Positions 10,434 to 21,645 of a stretch of 36,162 nt of DNA are shown here, one piece after another (position 1 is the stretch's first letter; each line of letters opens with the position of its first letter). The DNA comes from Catajapyx aquilonaris (lineage: Eukaryota), in assembly GCA_000934665.2 (NCBI GenBank), contig KZ539023.1, forward strand, positions 1 through 36,162, given 5' to 3'. Position numbers and translations under genes: made by a program. The notes under the pieces were generated by a model, which had not been told where the DNA came from, did not search any database, and saw only the letters and a list, made by a program, of their open reading frames with translations.

Positions 10434-11741
10434 ATAAGTTCAGGAGTAAATAAAAAGCAGTCGGGGGGGGNGGGGGAGGGGGGAGAGAGAAATATATGTC
10501 AAAACTGCACAGGCCGCCATCTCACCTAACGCCGGACCTGTGTGTCTTACTAGTCCAGCCAACAGCCTTCAGCGTAATCCTTGGGCCAAAACAAGTTGAA
10601 AATGTAGGGGGGAGAAATGTCGAGGGACCAACCATTAACGAGGTAGACGACCAGAAACACTGGCCAGTGGTTGCCGAAGTTGCAGGATATGAGCAGTGAT
10701 AATCACTTCTGTAAAAGAGGTGACCTTGAAAATCCCAACAGTCACGATTTTCATGCTCATATCCTGCTCCTTCGGCCACCATTGACCAATGTTTCTGGTC
10801 AAGGTCATGTTAACGGTTGCTCCCTCAACATTTTTCTCCCTCCTACATTTTCGACTTCTTTTGGCTCAAAAAATGCGCTGAAGGCCGTTGGCTGGACTAG
10901 TAACAAACACTGTATTATGATCCTGTTACGTGCAGCAGGCAATGGCCTAGGGGCCTAGGCGATGAAAGTGTTGTATGCTCTGTCCATGACATAGAAGATG
11001 ATATAATGCATTCTTTACTTAACGCTACTTTTCTTGGTAACTAGGCTGCCGAGACCCACAATACCTCAACTTAAGATGATAGCCTAGAATCCATCTGACA
11101 TCCCCACAGTAATGGTACATTTTTCTTCATCACACAGTATATAGGAATGAGTGTTACGTATATTTGGATGGATGGGATTTTCTTTATTTGTTGCCAGAGT
11201 TTTCTCCAAACAAAATTAGTAGATGCTATGTGGCTTTTAACTTCCATATCATTATGAAAATAAGCACAATTTTATATCTAGAGAAATGAAAAAAATGAGA
11301 ACAAAACCACTAATCAATCTATGTTTTTCCATTTTAAAAAGTAATCTCAGGGGTTGAAATATTAGGATGCAAAGGAGAAATTTGCCCGCAAAATTGTTAT
11401 CTGCACTCCAAACTGGGTCTTGGAGTGCAAAGATTGTACTCCAGTTGGTCCTGCTTTTTAACGTGCCTAAACCCAGCAATTACAAATTGAGCACTCCTAG
11501 TAAGCAATTTGTACTCCAGATGAAAGTCTGGAGTGCAAACTTTGCACCTGGCCAAAGAATTTAAAATTCGACCCTTCGAATCGCATGAAAAAATAATGCC
11601 CTTGACTCCCAATTTTGGAATCGAGGTCTTCAAAAATCAGTCTATTTATCCATTATTAGGCAATGCTAACAGCTTGAATATTAAATATGTAGTTGCATTG
11701 GGGCAACAGGCAAAGTCAAGTACCTAAAATGATTATACAAA

Positions 11742-12026
11742 GGGAGGCATTGTGGTTTGGTGGTTACACCACTGGCCAGCCAAGCAGGAGGTCGGGGTTC
11801 AAATCCCGTCCCCGTCACCTCTGCTTGGCCGGGTCTTTTTCCGCTTTTCACCCGACATGCCGGGGCAGAATTGCACGCCCTTCTCTGCCCAGGGCCAGGA
11901 GAAAAGGCCTGGTGTATTTCACAAAGTCAGAAATGACTAAAATTTCAGCGCCCTCCCTTGGGAACCTCCCCTTCCCCCCTAAGAGGGCTCCGCCCTATCA
12001 CGGGGTAATAATAATAATAATAAAAA
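11742..12026 (+). mobile_element. tRNA-derived SINE, family B, copy 2
   Basis: Same head (B box GGTTCAAATCCC); (TAA)n tail; TSD attatacaaa at 11732-11741 and 12027-12036. Confidence 0.9.
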
Positions 12027-12151
12027 ATTATACAAAGTTAAAAATATAACATTCATTCATTAAAATAAACTAGAAGTGGGATGTTCAGCTTTGGAGCTCT
12101 ATAACAGTAGTATTTGATACAAATATTCCAAAATTCAAATTATGTACAAAC

Positions 12152-12373
12152 CATGGTCTGTGAGTTCCGACTCACTGTCTGTCCTGCTAAAGAGCCAATC
12201 AAGTCCTGCCAAACTCTGTGCACTGAGAATGCTTGGTACATCACTTGAGACCTCACTGCATGTTTCCTGAGTTGCTGAGGGGATGTCAAGAGTGGGGCTC
12301 TCAGGATCTTCTTCTTGAGTTGTGGAACTGCTCAAAAAGTTCTCTGTTTCACGATCATAATTGCAGTTCGTGC
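12152..12373 (-). CDS. pcx: pecanex coding exon (provisional E6)
   Basis: Acceptor tctttttacttcccag|GC, donor CATG|gtttgt; 222 nt, phase 1->1. Encodes GTNCNYDRETENFLSSS...AGLDWLFSRTDSESELTDH. Confidence 0.82.
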
Positions 12374-13391
12374 CTGGGAAGTAAAAAGATATATGGTCAT
12401 GATCAACACCCTTTTGTACACAGTGAACTGCAATATCTTCTATTACATCTTTATGGCATCAGTGCCCAGTCAGAATCATCAAGGAGAGTGCACTCCTATT
12501 AATGAAGTCCCTGACATTTTGTCAAATTATACTCAAGATATGAAAAATGAAAAATGGCTTTGTAAAATACCCAAGTACGCAAAAGGTATTACACTGAATC
12601 AACATCAAAATACCCCTAGAATCAAAAAGTTCCTGGAAATTACTGATTACTCTGCAACCTTGAGAAGTAGAGAGAGGTGCTTTTAGGTGTATCTGCAGAA
12701 ATGTAAGCTCAGATGACTCTTAGTCATGGCAGCTACAGTTCAGTTTAAATTCAATGTCAAATAAGAAAAAATGTCAATTTGTTGCAATTTATTATTGTTG
12801 CTATCGTGGCTATCAACAACTTGCACTACACGTCTTATTTGCAACTGATATTGAATCCACACCCAAGTTTCAGCAATCAGAAGTCAGTTATTCTCAAATA
12901 AGTCATTGACAGTGCAGATAATGTATATCACCAACCATTTGCAGGTGGGCTGCACAACTACAAGTAACAGGACCTCTAAAATGCTGTCTTGAGATCAGGA
13001 AGGTGGTCTCAAGGCCAAGTCAACCTAGTCCAATGCACTTTCCAGCAATAAATATGCTTTGCAAGCAAGAAACAAGTAACCAAATTGTGCTTAGATAATG
13101 ACAATCAGCACTTGGTTTTCACATCCTTCTCCTAAGAATCACCAAATGATAGCTACACAAACAAATATTGCTAAGTTCTAACTCATGTCAAAAATTCATT
13201 TGAGTTATTATATCTTTCAATAAGAGCATCAAGTCACTATCATTATTGCCAGAAAGGTACCCCTTTTAATTGTAAATGATATTCTGCCAAACACTACATT
13301 ACACAGCATATCTTATGCCTTACAGTTGAAGATGTGACTTCCAAAAAGACCTAACAATCACAGAGACACCTAAAATAGTGACTGCTCATTA

Positions 13392-13551
13392 CTGCCATCC
13401 CAAGGAGACATACCCTAACTCCAAAACTAGTAAGGGTGAAAGTCGCACGCACGTCCTGCACTAATCCCTCCTGAGTCAGGGGGAATTAGTGCAGGGCATG
13501 CACACAACCTTCCTAGTTTTGGAATTAGGGTATTTCTACTTGGGATGGCAG
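13392..13551. mobile_element. 160-bp hairpin MITE
   Basis: TA|CTGCCATCCCAAG...CTTGGGATGGCAG; arms pair almost to the centre (tgcactaatccc / ggaattagtgca). Confidence 0.8.
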
Positions 13552-14294
13552 AATAGATCATATCCATAAGCCCTAACATGCAATAAGTATCTGATATGCA
13601 AATATACAAATCCCAAATCCTATTACAAATAAAAGCCAAAGCATTTTAAGGTGTAACTAGAAATGACATGTGACTCCTTTGAATCTATATCTTAATTTCA
13701 CAACTTCCTTTTGTGCAACATATTAAATATTATTCAAAGTCAAGTATAAGTCATTTTTCACTACTAAGAAAAAAAATACTCAACTTCCATAGGTAACATA
13801 CACCTGCTAGATTTGGTTTCTCTCTCTCCCTCCTCAATTTGTAATAACCATTTGCTACCCAGTCCCAATAAAAAATTCAATTTTTCCCAGTACCGAACAG
13901 TAGATATAAAAACTATGTCATATGACCATGAACAAAACCATATTACCACATGAACATAAAAGATGGATCTATATAGAGAAGGCCAATAGTCGGCAGTCAT
14001 GCCAAACAACCATGCAATAAGGACTACAGTAGTTCATTGGTGCCTAAATAATGTGACACACAAAAAAGTGAGCACACTTCTTAGTCATGGCACCACCTCA
14101 CAAAATTATTAACGACCAACCTATGAAAAAGTCTAGCAGATACACACACTCCTTTATACCACGTGTGTTTCAAAATTGAGCACACATTCATATCAGTAAA
14201 AATTTCACAGATTGCATATTGAGATAAGATTGTTAGGGTCAGGCCAGCCCTATGACACTCCTCGAATACGGTACTGTAATACCTGTGTCCCATG

Positions 14295-14432
14295 GTTCGC
14301 TAAGCCACCATCTTGAACAAGGTGCAACTTGGGTGGTAGGTAGCAGGTGAGTCCACCAATTGGCTCAATCTTTCTTTGCTTCCGCAGACTTACCACTTGA
14401 GTGCACCTTGAAAAAGATGGCGGATAGCGAAC
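14295..14432. repeat. imperfect inverted repeat, probably an old MITE
   Basis: gttcgctaagccaccatcttgaacaaggtgca pairs with tgcaccttgaaaaagatggcggatagcgaac. Confidence 0.65.
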
Positions 14433-16923
14433 GCTGTAGCGCCGCCAGCATCAAATTCTGGGCCTGGCGAAGACACATGAATTAAACTACCATATCCATC
14501 CAGCTAGGGGGGAAATGACAGAGGGCTGGGTCAGGCAAATCAAAGGAAACATGGCCTCATGGCAGTGTACAGATTTGACTTTTTCCCAAGTGGTACACCT
14601 GTGCCCAAGAGAACATGCCAAATACCAGCCTTGCAGGAGAACCCAAGGCACATTTACCCTTATACAACTCCTCTCTGGGAACCAACGTGACTTACAGGCA
14701 TAAGAAACATTTCCATTGACATGGATGTGACTTCCAGTATGAAACACAAAGCATATGTATCATATGCAGTGTGCCATCCCAACAATCTTTGTCACTATTT
14801 TTTCAGGCACTTGTACTTAACAAGGCAGTGATGAATGTTTAAGTCAAATGAAAGTGGACCAGCCAACCATACACAGTCATGGCTTTAATCCCGCATAATT
14901 ATGTAAAGCCCCTCTCTGAGGATATAGGAGGAGGATGGAGAAGATTTCGCACTTCCTGAGGTCGCAGAGGGCTGGGAGTAGGCACGTTGGAAAGCTGACC
15001 CAGACATCAGTGTTGCGAAAAATCCTCATAATTGCAAATTTCCCAGCCGGTTTCGAACTATGGACAAAAAGCGGATTTTGCACCTGCGGGCTTGGCCAGA
15101 TGGCCATTATGCTTGGAATCGAAGAATAGCCCACCCACCCCTTTCCATGCACTGACATCTGTTTCCACTTGCCACTCAACCCTCCTGTTTGAATCATACG
15201 TCACAGGGTCACTGGGACGGCCCCCGAGGATATAGGATATAGGAGGATATAGGAGGAGGCTGGAAGGATGGAAAAGATTGTACACTTCCCGACATCGCAG
15301 AGGGCTGGAAGTAGGATCGTAGGAAAGCTGCCACCTCCATTTATGTAGCGAAAAATCCTCATAATTGCAAATTTCCCAGCTGTTTTCGAGCTATGGCCAA
15401 AAAATTCGATTTTTAACTTGCCACCTTGGCCCTAGATGGCCATTACAGATGGAAGTACAACGGCTCACCCACCCCCTCCGGACAGCCCCTCGGCCCACTC
15501 ACATCTGTTACCACTCTACACTCATCCCTCCCGTTTTAACGTCACAACACAGGGCGCATTTGCATATGCCTCATAGCTAGCAATGACGTCACTGGTGGAT
15601 GTTCTGTAACTGGGTGCGAGCCCGCTCCGACCTGTTTTCACGTAAAAAGACTTGCTCTGTTCGCATCGAAGAGTGGGGGACGTGGGGGGAGTCGGGTGCA
15701 CATGGTCCAGGCCTCGGAGAGTTAGAGGGGACATGCTCGGGACCCGTCCGCTTCCCACCAAAGGCGCTTAAATGGGACCAAGTCCCACGAGGGGTGTGTG
15801 TGGGGTGTGGGTGTGTGTGTCGAAGGCCCACCGCTGAGCGCAGCGAGTCCAGTATACAGTATATAAAGCCCCTATCTGAGGAGGAGGATAGAAAAGATCT
15901 CCCACTTCCCGAGGTCATCGAGGGCTGGGAGTAGGCTCGTTGGAAAACTAATATAAGGATGTGCAATTAGTTTTTGGCTCCGTTGCATAGTTAATGCGTA
16001 TGCGCCTTTAAAGTGTAGAGGGCCAGATGGCAAAATATTAGGTAAAAACAGTGGCATAGCGTGGGGGGGGGGGGGGGGGNGGGGGGGCAGAGGTGCAGTC
16101 GGCCCTGGCGCAAAATTTTGTATCTAAAAAAATGACATTTTTGTACATACAAAATTTTGCGACCCTCAGAATTTTCGACGATTGTCATTACGATACCTTT
16201 TAATTATATCGTAATGAAAATCGAGAGCCCTCCCACTCAGACAGTTCTTACTCCAGTAAATGCGAATGGGTTATCCTATTAACTCACTTCCACTCACTAA
16301 CAGTAAGTAGAAAAGTTGCAAGTGGGAATGTGCATGAAAATATGCAGTTCACATATTGGCCAACTGGGGGGCGCCCTGTCTCCCACCCTTGGATTGAAGA
16401 AGTGAAAATAATAATAATTGTTATTATAATGATAAAGTTTGAGGCAAAAAGTAAGCAAACTTAGGAAATATACAACTGTAATCTATGGAGTCAGTTGCCA
16501 AATAAAGTGATGCATTCTTGTCTGATTTTCCATGAGAGTGTGCGTGTCTAGACATGATTTAGCAGTGATAATAATAATTAATCATAAAGCAAAATTGGTC
16601 CTGATGGTTTTGAGTCAAGGAAAGAGGCGCCCCACAGTGCTAGGTTTACAATGGACCATGGTGCAAATGTTGCAGATGAAACAGGGGCTGTTAGCCTTCG
16701 GCTATAGGTTTCATGAGTGACAGGACGGTTGTAAAATAGGAGAGGTTCTCTTCTTGGAAGCTGGGACAATATTCTGGGGGATCTCGTCCATGCACCAGTT
16801 TGATTTTGAGGAAGTGTTCCTGCTTCTTTGTATAATATTCGAATTGCTTATTTTTAATGTGAATGGTGAAGGTGAAAGGTGTTCTTTTTTAGGTGAAACC
16901 AGACAGTTTAAATATTTGAAATA

Positions 16924-17650
16924 CAGGGTGTTTCACTAGGTATTCCCCCCCCAAAGAATCGACTATATTTTTCTTACCACCCGACTTGAAATGTGATGTA
17001 CGTATGGTTTAAAAGTTACCTTAGTTCAAGGGAATATAGAACTATTCGCAATAAATGCTGTACCTGACCATCAAGGACCTCCATACTCACTCGAACACAA
17101 CTCGACCCGACTCTCCTTATTATCGAAGATCCTCCGCAGCATATCCTCATAAATGGTCCAGATTGCTGCACTTTTGTTGCTTTCCAAGTCTTCTAACCTC
17201 AAGGCTCACTGTTGCAAGAACAATTATTCTTCAAATATCCGCATTCGCAGCTCTTTTGGCAGGTGGAAACAGGATACCCGGTTTCTTGTGACAAAATCAT
17301 TGTGACTTTTCCGGTCATTCCAGCAGCCTGTGCTTCACTTTTTCAATTATTTCTTTATCTAAAAGAAGTCATCTACCACTATATTGGTCCAAAACACTTG
17401 GTGCAGCAATCCTGACTATTAATGTCGATGTGCTGCGGAGGGCCTTCGATAGTAAGGACCGTCGCATCGTCGCGTCGAGTCGTGTTCGAGTGCGTGTGGA
17501 GGTCGTTGAAAGTCAAGTAGCATTTATTGCGAATACTGCATTCCCATGAACTTAGATAAGTTTTAAATCAAACATCATGATTGTATCCAGGTAGAGTAGA
17601 AAGAAAAATACAGTCGAGTCTTTGGGGGGACTACCTAGTGAAACACTCTG
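16924..17650 (-). mobile_element. Tc1/mariner-type element with ~220-bp TIRs and a decayed transposase fragment
   Basis: TA|CAGGGTGTTTCACTAGGTA ... TACCTAGTGAAACACTCTG|TA. The minus-strand core (~17385-17250) reads SGR*LLLDKEIIEKVKHRLLE*PEKS/LSQETGYPVSTCQK, like a Tc1/IS630 GRP-linker plus HTH. Confidence 0.85.
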
Positions 17651-17666
17651 TACATCTCATTGTTAA

Positions 17667-18855
17667 CCCCTTCGGCCCCAGATCGGCCCGAACCACACAG
17701 TTTTTGGCTTACGCGTACTCCGAAGATACGGACAAGATATTTTCCAAATAATAACAGCTATACTTACGAGATCTGGGAAAACCCTATGAATGTACCTGGA
17801 ACCATTTTACTCGTCTAGAAGTCCCTAAATTAATTTCCAAAAAAGGGCTATAATAACTCGAAATTGGACTACTGCCGCCCAACTTTTAGGCTGATTTAAT
17901 TATGAAATGCGTGAAAATATGCGGAATAACAACGTTGAGAACCATGCCAGACGAATTTGCTGAAATCGTCGTACTTTGCGAGAAATAAATTAATATTTAT
18001 TTGCGGCTTTCTAGCACTTAGGAAAACTCCTAAATGAGTATGAGATGAATTTTCTGAAATCGTCGTACTTCATGAGAAACAAATAAAGGACCTGTTCAAG
18101 GTTATCCTGGCAAAGAAAGGCCACCCACATGGCTCAATGATTCGTGTCATTAGATGGAGAAAGAGTTCGCCCTTGCTTTGCCAACGAACGCCATCCTGAG
18201 TCCCCCCCTCGCTCCTGTCTCTCTTTTAGGGGAGAGTGAGAGAGAGGAAAGGGAGAGAGGGAGAGATACGCGATTGGGCAAACGCGTGATATCTCGATGG
18301 GGCTTGCATTTCGCATATTGGTTCCCTGAGGCGGAATTTGTCTCCTACGAATATTCTTACAACATTTTTACGGGGTAAAAACCACACGAGTTTTCGTGCC
18401 TCTAAATCAACTAATAAAACAGTTCACCACGTGACAACATGTTTTGAATCCTACCAAGGCCGCTAGGTAGCAACCCCTACCACATCAAAGATACACAGTC
18501 AGTGGCGAACACAGCGGCCTTTGGCGTAAACCTAGGTGCATAGATTATACACTACAAGATGCGCAAGATGGTTGCCGTTTAGGTAGCGGGGCTACTCAGG
18601 GTAACCTTGAACCGGTCCTTTGGGAGTTTTCCGAAGTGCCAGAAAGCCGCAAATAAGTATTAATTTATTTCTCGCAAAGCACGACGATTTAATTTAGGGA
18701 CTTCTAGACGAGTAAAATGGTTCCAGACACATTCATAGGGTTTTCCCAGATCTCGTAAGTATAGCTGTTATTATTTGCAAAATATCATGCCCGTATCTTC
18801 GGAGTACGCGTAAGCCAAAAACTGTGTGGTTCGGGTCGATCTGGGGCCGAAGGGG
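17667..18855. mobile_element. piggyBac-like foldback element, copy 2
   Basis: TTAA TSDs at 17663-17666 and 18856-18859; near-identical to 8260-9057, with a 531-bp insert and a ~130-bp deletion in the right arm. Confidence 0.93.
18088..18618. mobile_element. Spy-like non-autonomous DNA transposon
   Basis: 22-bp TIR GGACCTGTTCAAGGTTATCCTG / CAGGGTAACCTTGAACCGGTCC (2 mismatches), inserted between AAA and TTT with no TSD. The empty site aaataAATTTg is present in copy 1 at 8677-8682. Confidence 0.85.
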
Positions 18856-20090
18856 TTAATGCAGCAGACTCGTTCACTATCTTGGATTTACGCTCATCTT
18901 TACTTTTCTTTCTTTGGGAAAATATCATTTTCCACCCGTCCGGGAATCATTCATTCCTTTACACTAGCATAAAATGAATGAGAGACCTTGTTGTTAACGT
19001 GCGGATAAACAATAGCTTATCCAAATAAAACATGTGTGCAGGGGGGGGGGGGGGGGNGGGGGGGCAATACTTGCCTTGCCCGGGCGCTGGCAACCCACGC
19101 TACGCCACAGGGTAAAAATGACAAAGTGCACGAGTATCTTACCCAGATTCTTACTCTGATGGGATTTGATCACCTATTGCACATGGACGACGCGTTTCAG
19201 ACCAAGGCTGGATTGTTCAGAGGCCCTCCAGCTGGCTTTTGCTTCTTTGAAGCTGGCGGAACGAACGTGACATCACGAAACTTTACAGCGCCATATGCAT
19301 TAACTATGCAACGGCACCCAAAACTAATTGTTATCTCTATATTAGCTTTACAAGTGCTATAAGTCTACCTGGCGACTGTCCGCGAGTTTCCCTTCACCCT
19401 GTCTACATTACAAATATAATTCCATTTCAATTTTCATTTTGCAACCCACATGATTGAGAGGGAATATCCTGTAAGTTAAATGACTTGGATATCATGTGTC
19501 GTTAGGGCTAGAATAACTGGGAGGATGCTCCTTCATTCATGTTTGTTGGCACATTGAAAATTACATTCAATTATTGCCTCAATGGATCAAAAATCTCCCA
19601 AGTCAACTATGTCAATTTCATCATTGATTTCACAAGGGACCTAAAGCGGGTCTGACCTTGTTTTTTCAGTCATGTATTTACTGTCAAAAGTAGGATCTCT
19701 TAATTCGAAGATTACACAAATAAGAGAGGAGCATCTGCGAAATTTTCACAAATATGGAGATGAATGGACTTTTTGTTAAATCCAGACAAGATGGATATAC
19801 ACAGTATGGTGGCTAAACTCACTCAATCGGTAGAGTTGGGTCCGTCCACTGGCGGGGCCACTGTTGCACCAGGGGCAATATTTCCCGTGCTTTCATGGAA
19901 TAGCATAGGAAAATGATGTTCCAAAGAGATTCCTTTCAACTTCTGGGCCATTTAGACGCATTTATGTTGCAAATATGGGTTGCCCGATGCTGTGTTAGGC
20001 TCTGGCTGCCTTTTCCCACATATTTCAACCCGAGGGGCATGAGCAATAAATCGTTGCTGGAGTCACGAAATGTGTGTACGTGTTGTAATA

Positions 20091-20871
20091 CGCGGGTTGT
20101 ATCATAAGTCATTGCACAAATTTTTTAATTCAAAAATGGCAACACATACAGAGATGACCTTTGCTCAGTTGTGAAGCTCCGACTATTACAATTTGATCTG
20201 GCATATAGATGTCGCCCATATCACGGGTGGGGGTGGGGGGGAACGAAGGGGGAATGTGTGACCCCCCCCACCACACTGTCGCCCTAAGACGGCCCGAGAC
20301 TGACGTGCTTGGAGCTGTTGGACGCTGCATACTGGACACTCGGAGATGGACAACACTGGAGCTTGCTTTCAAGTGTGGGACAAGTCAGAGAACTATGCTT
20401 AGGACACTGAAAGACTTAAAGGTCTCAAAAAGTTGCCATCCTCACTGGTTCCTCACCATCTCTTTGAGGTTCAAAAGAGCCACCATTTTGCCCTCACTTG
20501 GAACTCGATTGCATTGAGAGCGATGCTTTCTACAAACGGTTTGTGGTGATGGATGACACATGGCTCTGGTCATAGTGCTCTGACTTGTCCCACACTTGAA
20601 TCAAGCTCCTGTGTTGTCCATCTCCGAGTGTCCAGCATTCAGCATCCAACAGCTCCCAGCGCATCAGGCTCGGGCCGTCTTAGGGCAATGGTGCGGTGGG
20701 GGGATCACGATCCCCTTTTGTTTCCCCGCCCACCCACGTGATATGGGTGACATCTATATGCCAGATCAAATTGTAATCGACGGACCTTCAAAACTCAGCA
20801 GAGGTCATCTCTGTATGTGTTACCATTTTAGAATTAAAAAATACGCGCAATGACTCATGAAACAACCCACG
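20091..20871 (+). mobile_element. mariner-derived foldback with a transposase remnant
   Basis: TA|CGCGGGTTGT...ACAACCCACG|TA, arms of ~305 bp. The plus strand reads DTRRWTTLELAFKCGTSQRTMLRTLKDLKVSK / (W)VPHHLFEVQK / ESDAFYKRFVVMDDTWLW, matching the mariner HTH, WVPHEL and first catalytic Asp motifs, with frameshifts. Confidence 0.9.
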
Positions 20872-21367
20872 TATATTGAAGGCCTACTGTACATGATTCT
20901 AACAGTAGTAGAGTTTCCCAGAGTGTAAGGAGGAAAACATGTCAGACCAGGCTGAACCAGAATTTAGCAGCCACACATTGTCCGCTATGCGGCGTAAACA
21001 ATCGGTTGCTGCCGGGAGAGCACAACAAAGGGCGTCTTCTTTCCCCCTATCGCCTAAACCCCANNNNNNNNNNNCCCCCCCCCCCATGCGAACCGATCAG
21101 ATGAGTGTCGGACCATGGTCATAAGGAAGGAGGTGGCAGATTTGAATGCCATGAGGGTTACGGCAGTTCGTTAACCAAAAGAAAGACATGATGTAACACC
21201 AGCCGTGTTTTCTGAGCATGTGCAGTAGTATGTCTGCAGAGCGAGTCGTGGACATGATTGGAGGGGAGAGCCTGATGTAAGTGGGTGGATCATGACGTCA
21301 TATAGTTCGATGATTTAACGGACTGTGTGAAGGTAAATTTCGCGCTTGGCAAAGCCACAGTAATGTT

Positions 21368-21645
21368 CGTTGGCCTGCGGTGCACGGGTTAGCGCGCTCG
21401 CCTCTAGTCCCAGAGTTGTGGGTTCGAACCTGGCCCAGGTCGGTGACTTTTCTCTGGGTGGTAGAAAAGTGAGAGTGCGCCTTCCTTCGGAGGGGAAGTA
21501 AAGCAGTCGGTCCCGTGTGCTTGTGACATTGCGGGAGTGCACGTTAAAGATCCTCAGAGTGGCCAAATTTCCAGGAGGAGGACCATCCCCTGGCATCGGT
21601 GTTGAGCCTTGCGGCAGAAATAGGCTGACGTTAAGCCCCACTCGT
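21368..21645 (+). mobile_element. tRNA-derived SINE, family C, with a Deu/Nin-like central domain
   Basis: B box GGTTCGAACC at 21421; centre CCTTCGGAGGGGAAGTAAAGCAGTCGGTCCC...GCACGTTAAAGATCC..GTGGCCAAATTTCC; end GACGTTAAGCCCCA. No clear TSD. Confidence 0.75.

Larger units (their letters stand above)
8134..10540. mobile_element. hAT-type non-autonomous element with nested insertions
   Basis: TIR CAGGGCCGGCGCTAGG / CCTAACGCCGGACCTG; perfect 8-bp TSD TGTGTCTT at 8126-8133 and 10541-10548. Confidence 0.88.
8121..10912. mobile_element. Tc1/mariner-type palindromic MITE (~385 bp) split by the hAT insertion at 8134-10540
   Basis: With the hAT removed it reads TA|CAGGGTGTGTCTTACTAGTCCAGCCAACAGCC ... 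GGCCGTTGGCTGGACTAGTAACAAACACTG|TA. 10541-10912 is a long imperfect palindrome. Confidence 0.85.
16049..19110. mobile_element. hAT-type non-autonomous element with nested insertions
   Basis: TIR CAGTGGCATAGCGTGGG / CCCACGCTACGCCACAG; perfect 8-bp TSD GGTAAAAA at 16041-16048 and 19111-19118. Confidence 0.88.
14903..19352. repeat. old modular repeat element hosting the hAT stack
   Basis: Three direct units (gaggaggat..cacttcc.gag.tcgcagagggctgggagtagg at ~14920, ~15250 and ~15875). 15941-16013 is the inverted complement of 19280-19352, on the far side of the hAT. Outer boundaries are uncertain. Confidence 0.6.

Noticed and set aside
14903..16015. CRISPR-like or satellite array
   Set aside because: The units are long, diverged and few, with no repeat-spacer pattern or cas genes, in a eukaryotic intron.
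21064..21087. Long C/G runs with Ns (also 10471, 16080, 19057, 27755, 30511 and 30988) as G-quadruplex or regulatory features
   Set aside because: They are assembly gaps at homopolymers, so true length and sequence are unknown.
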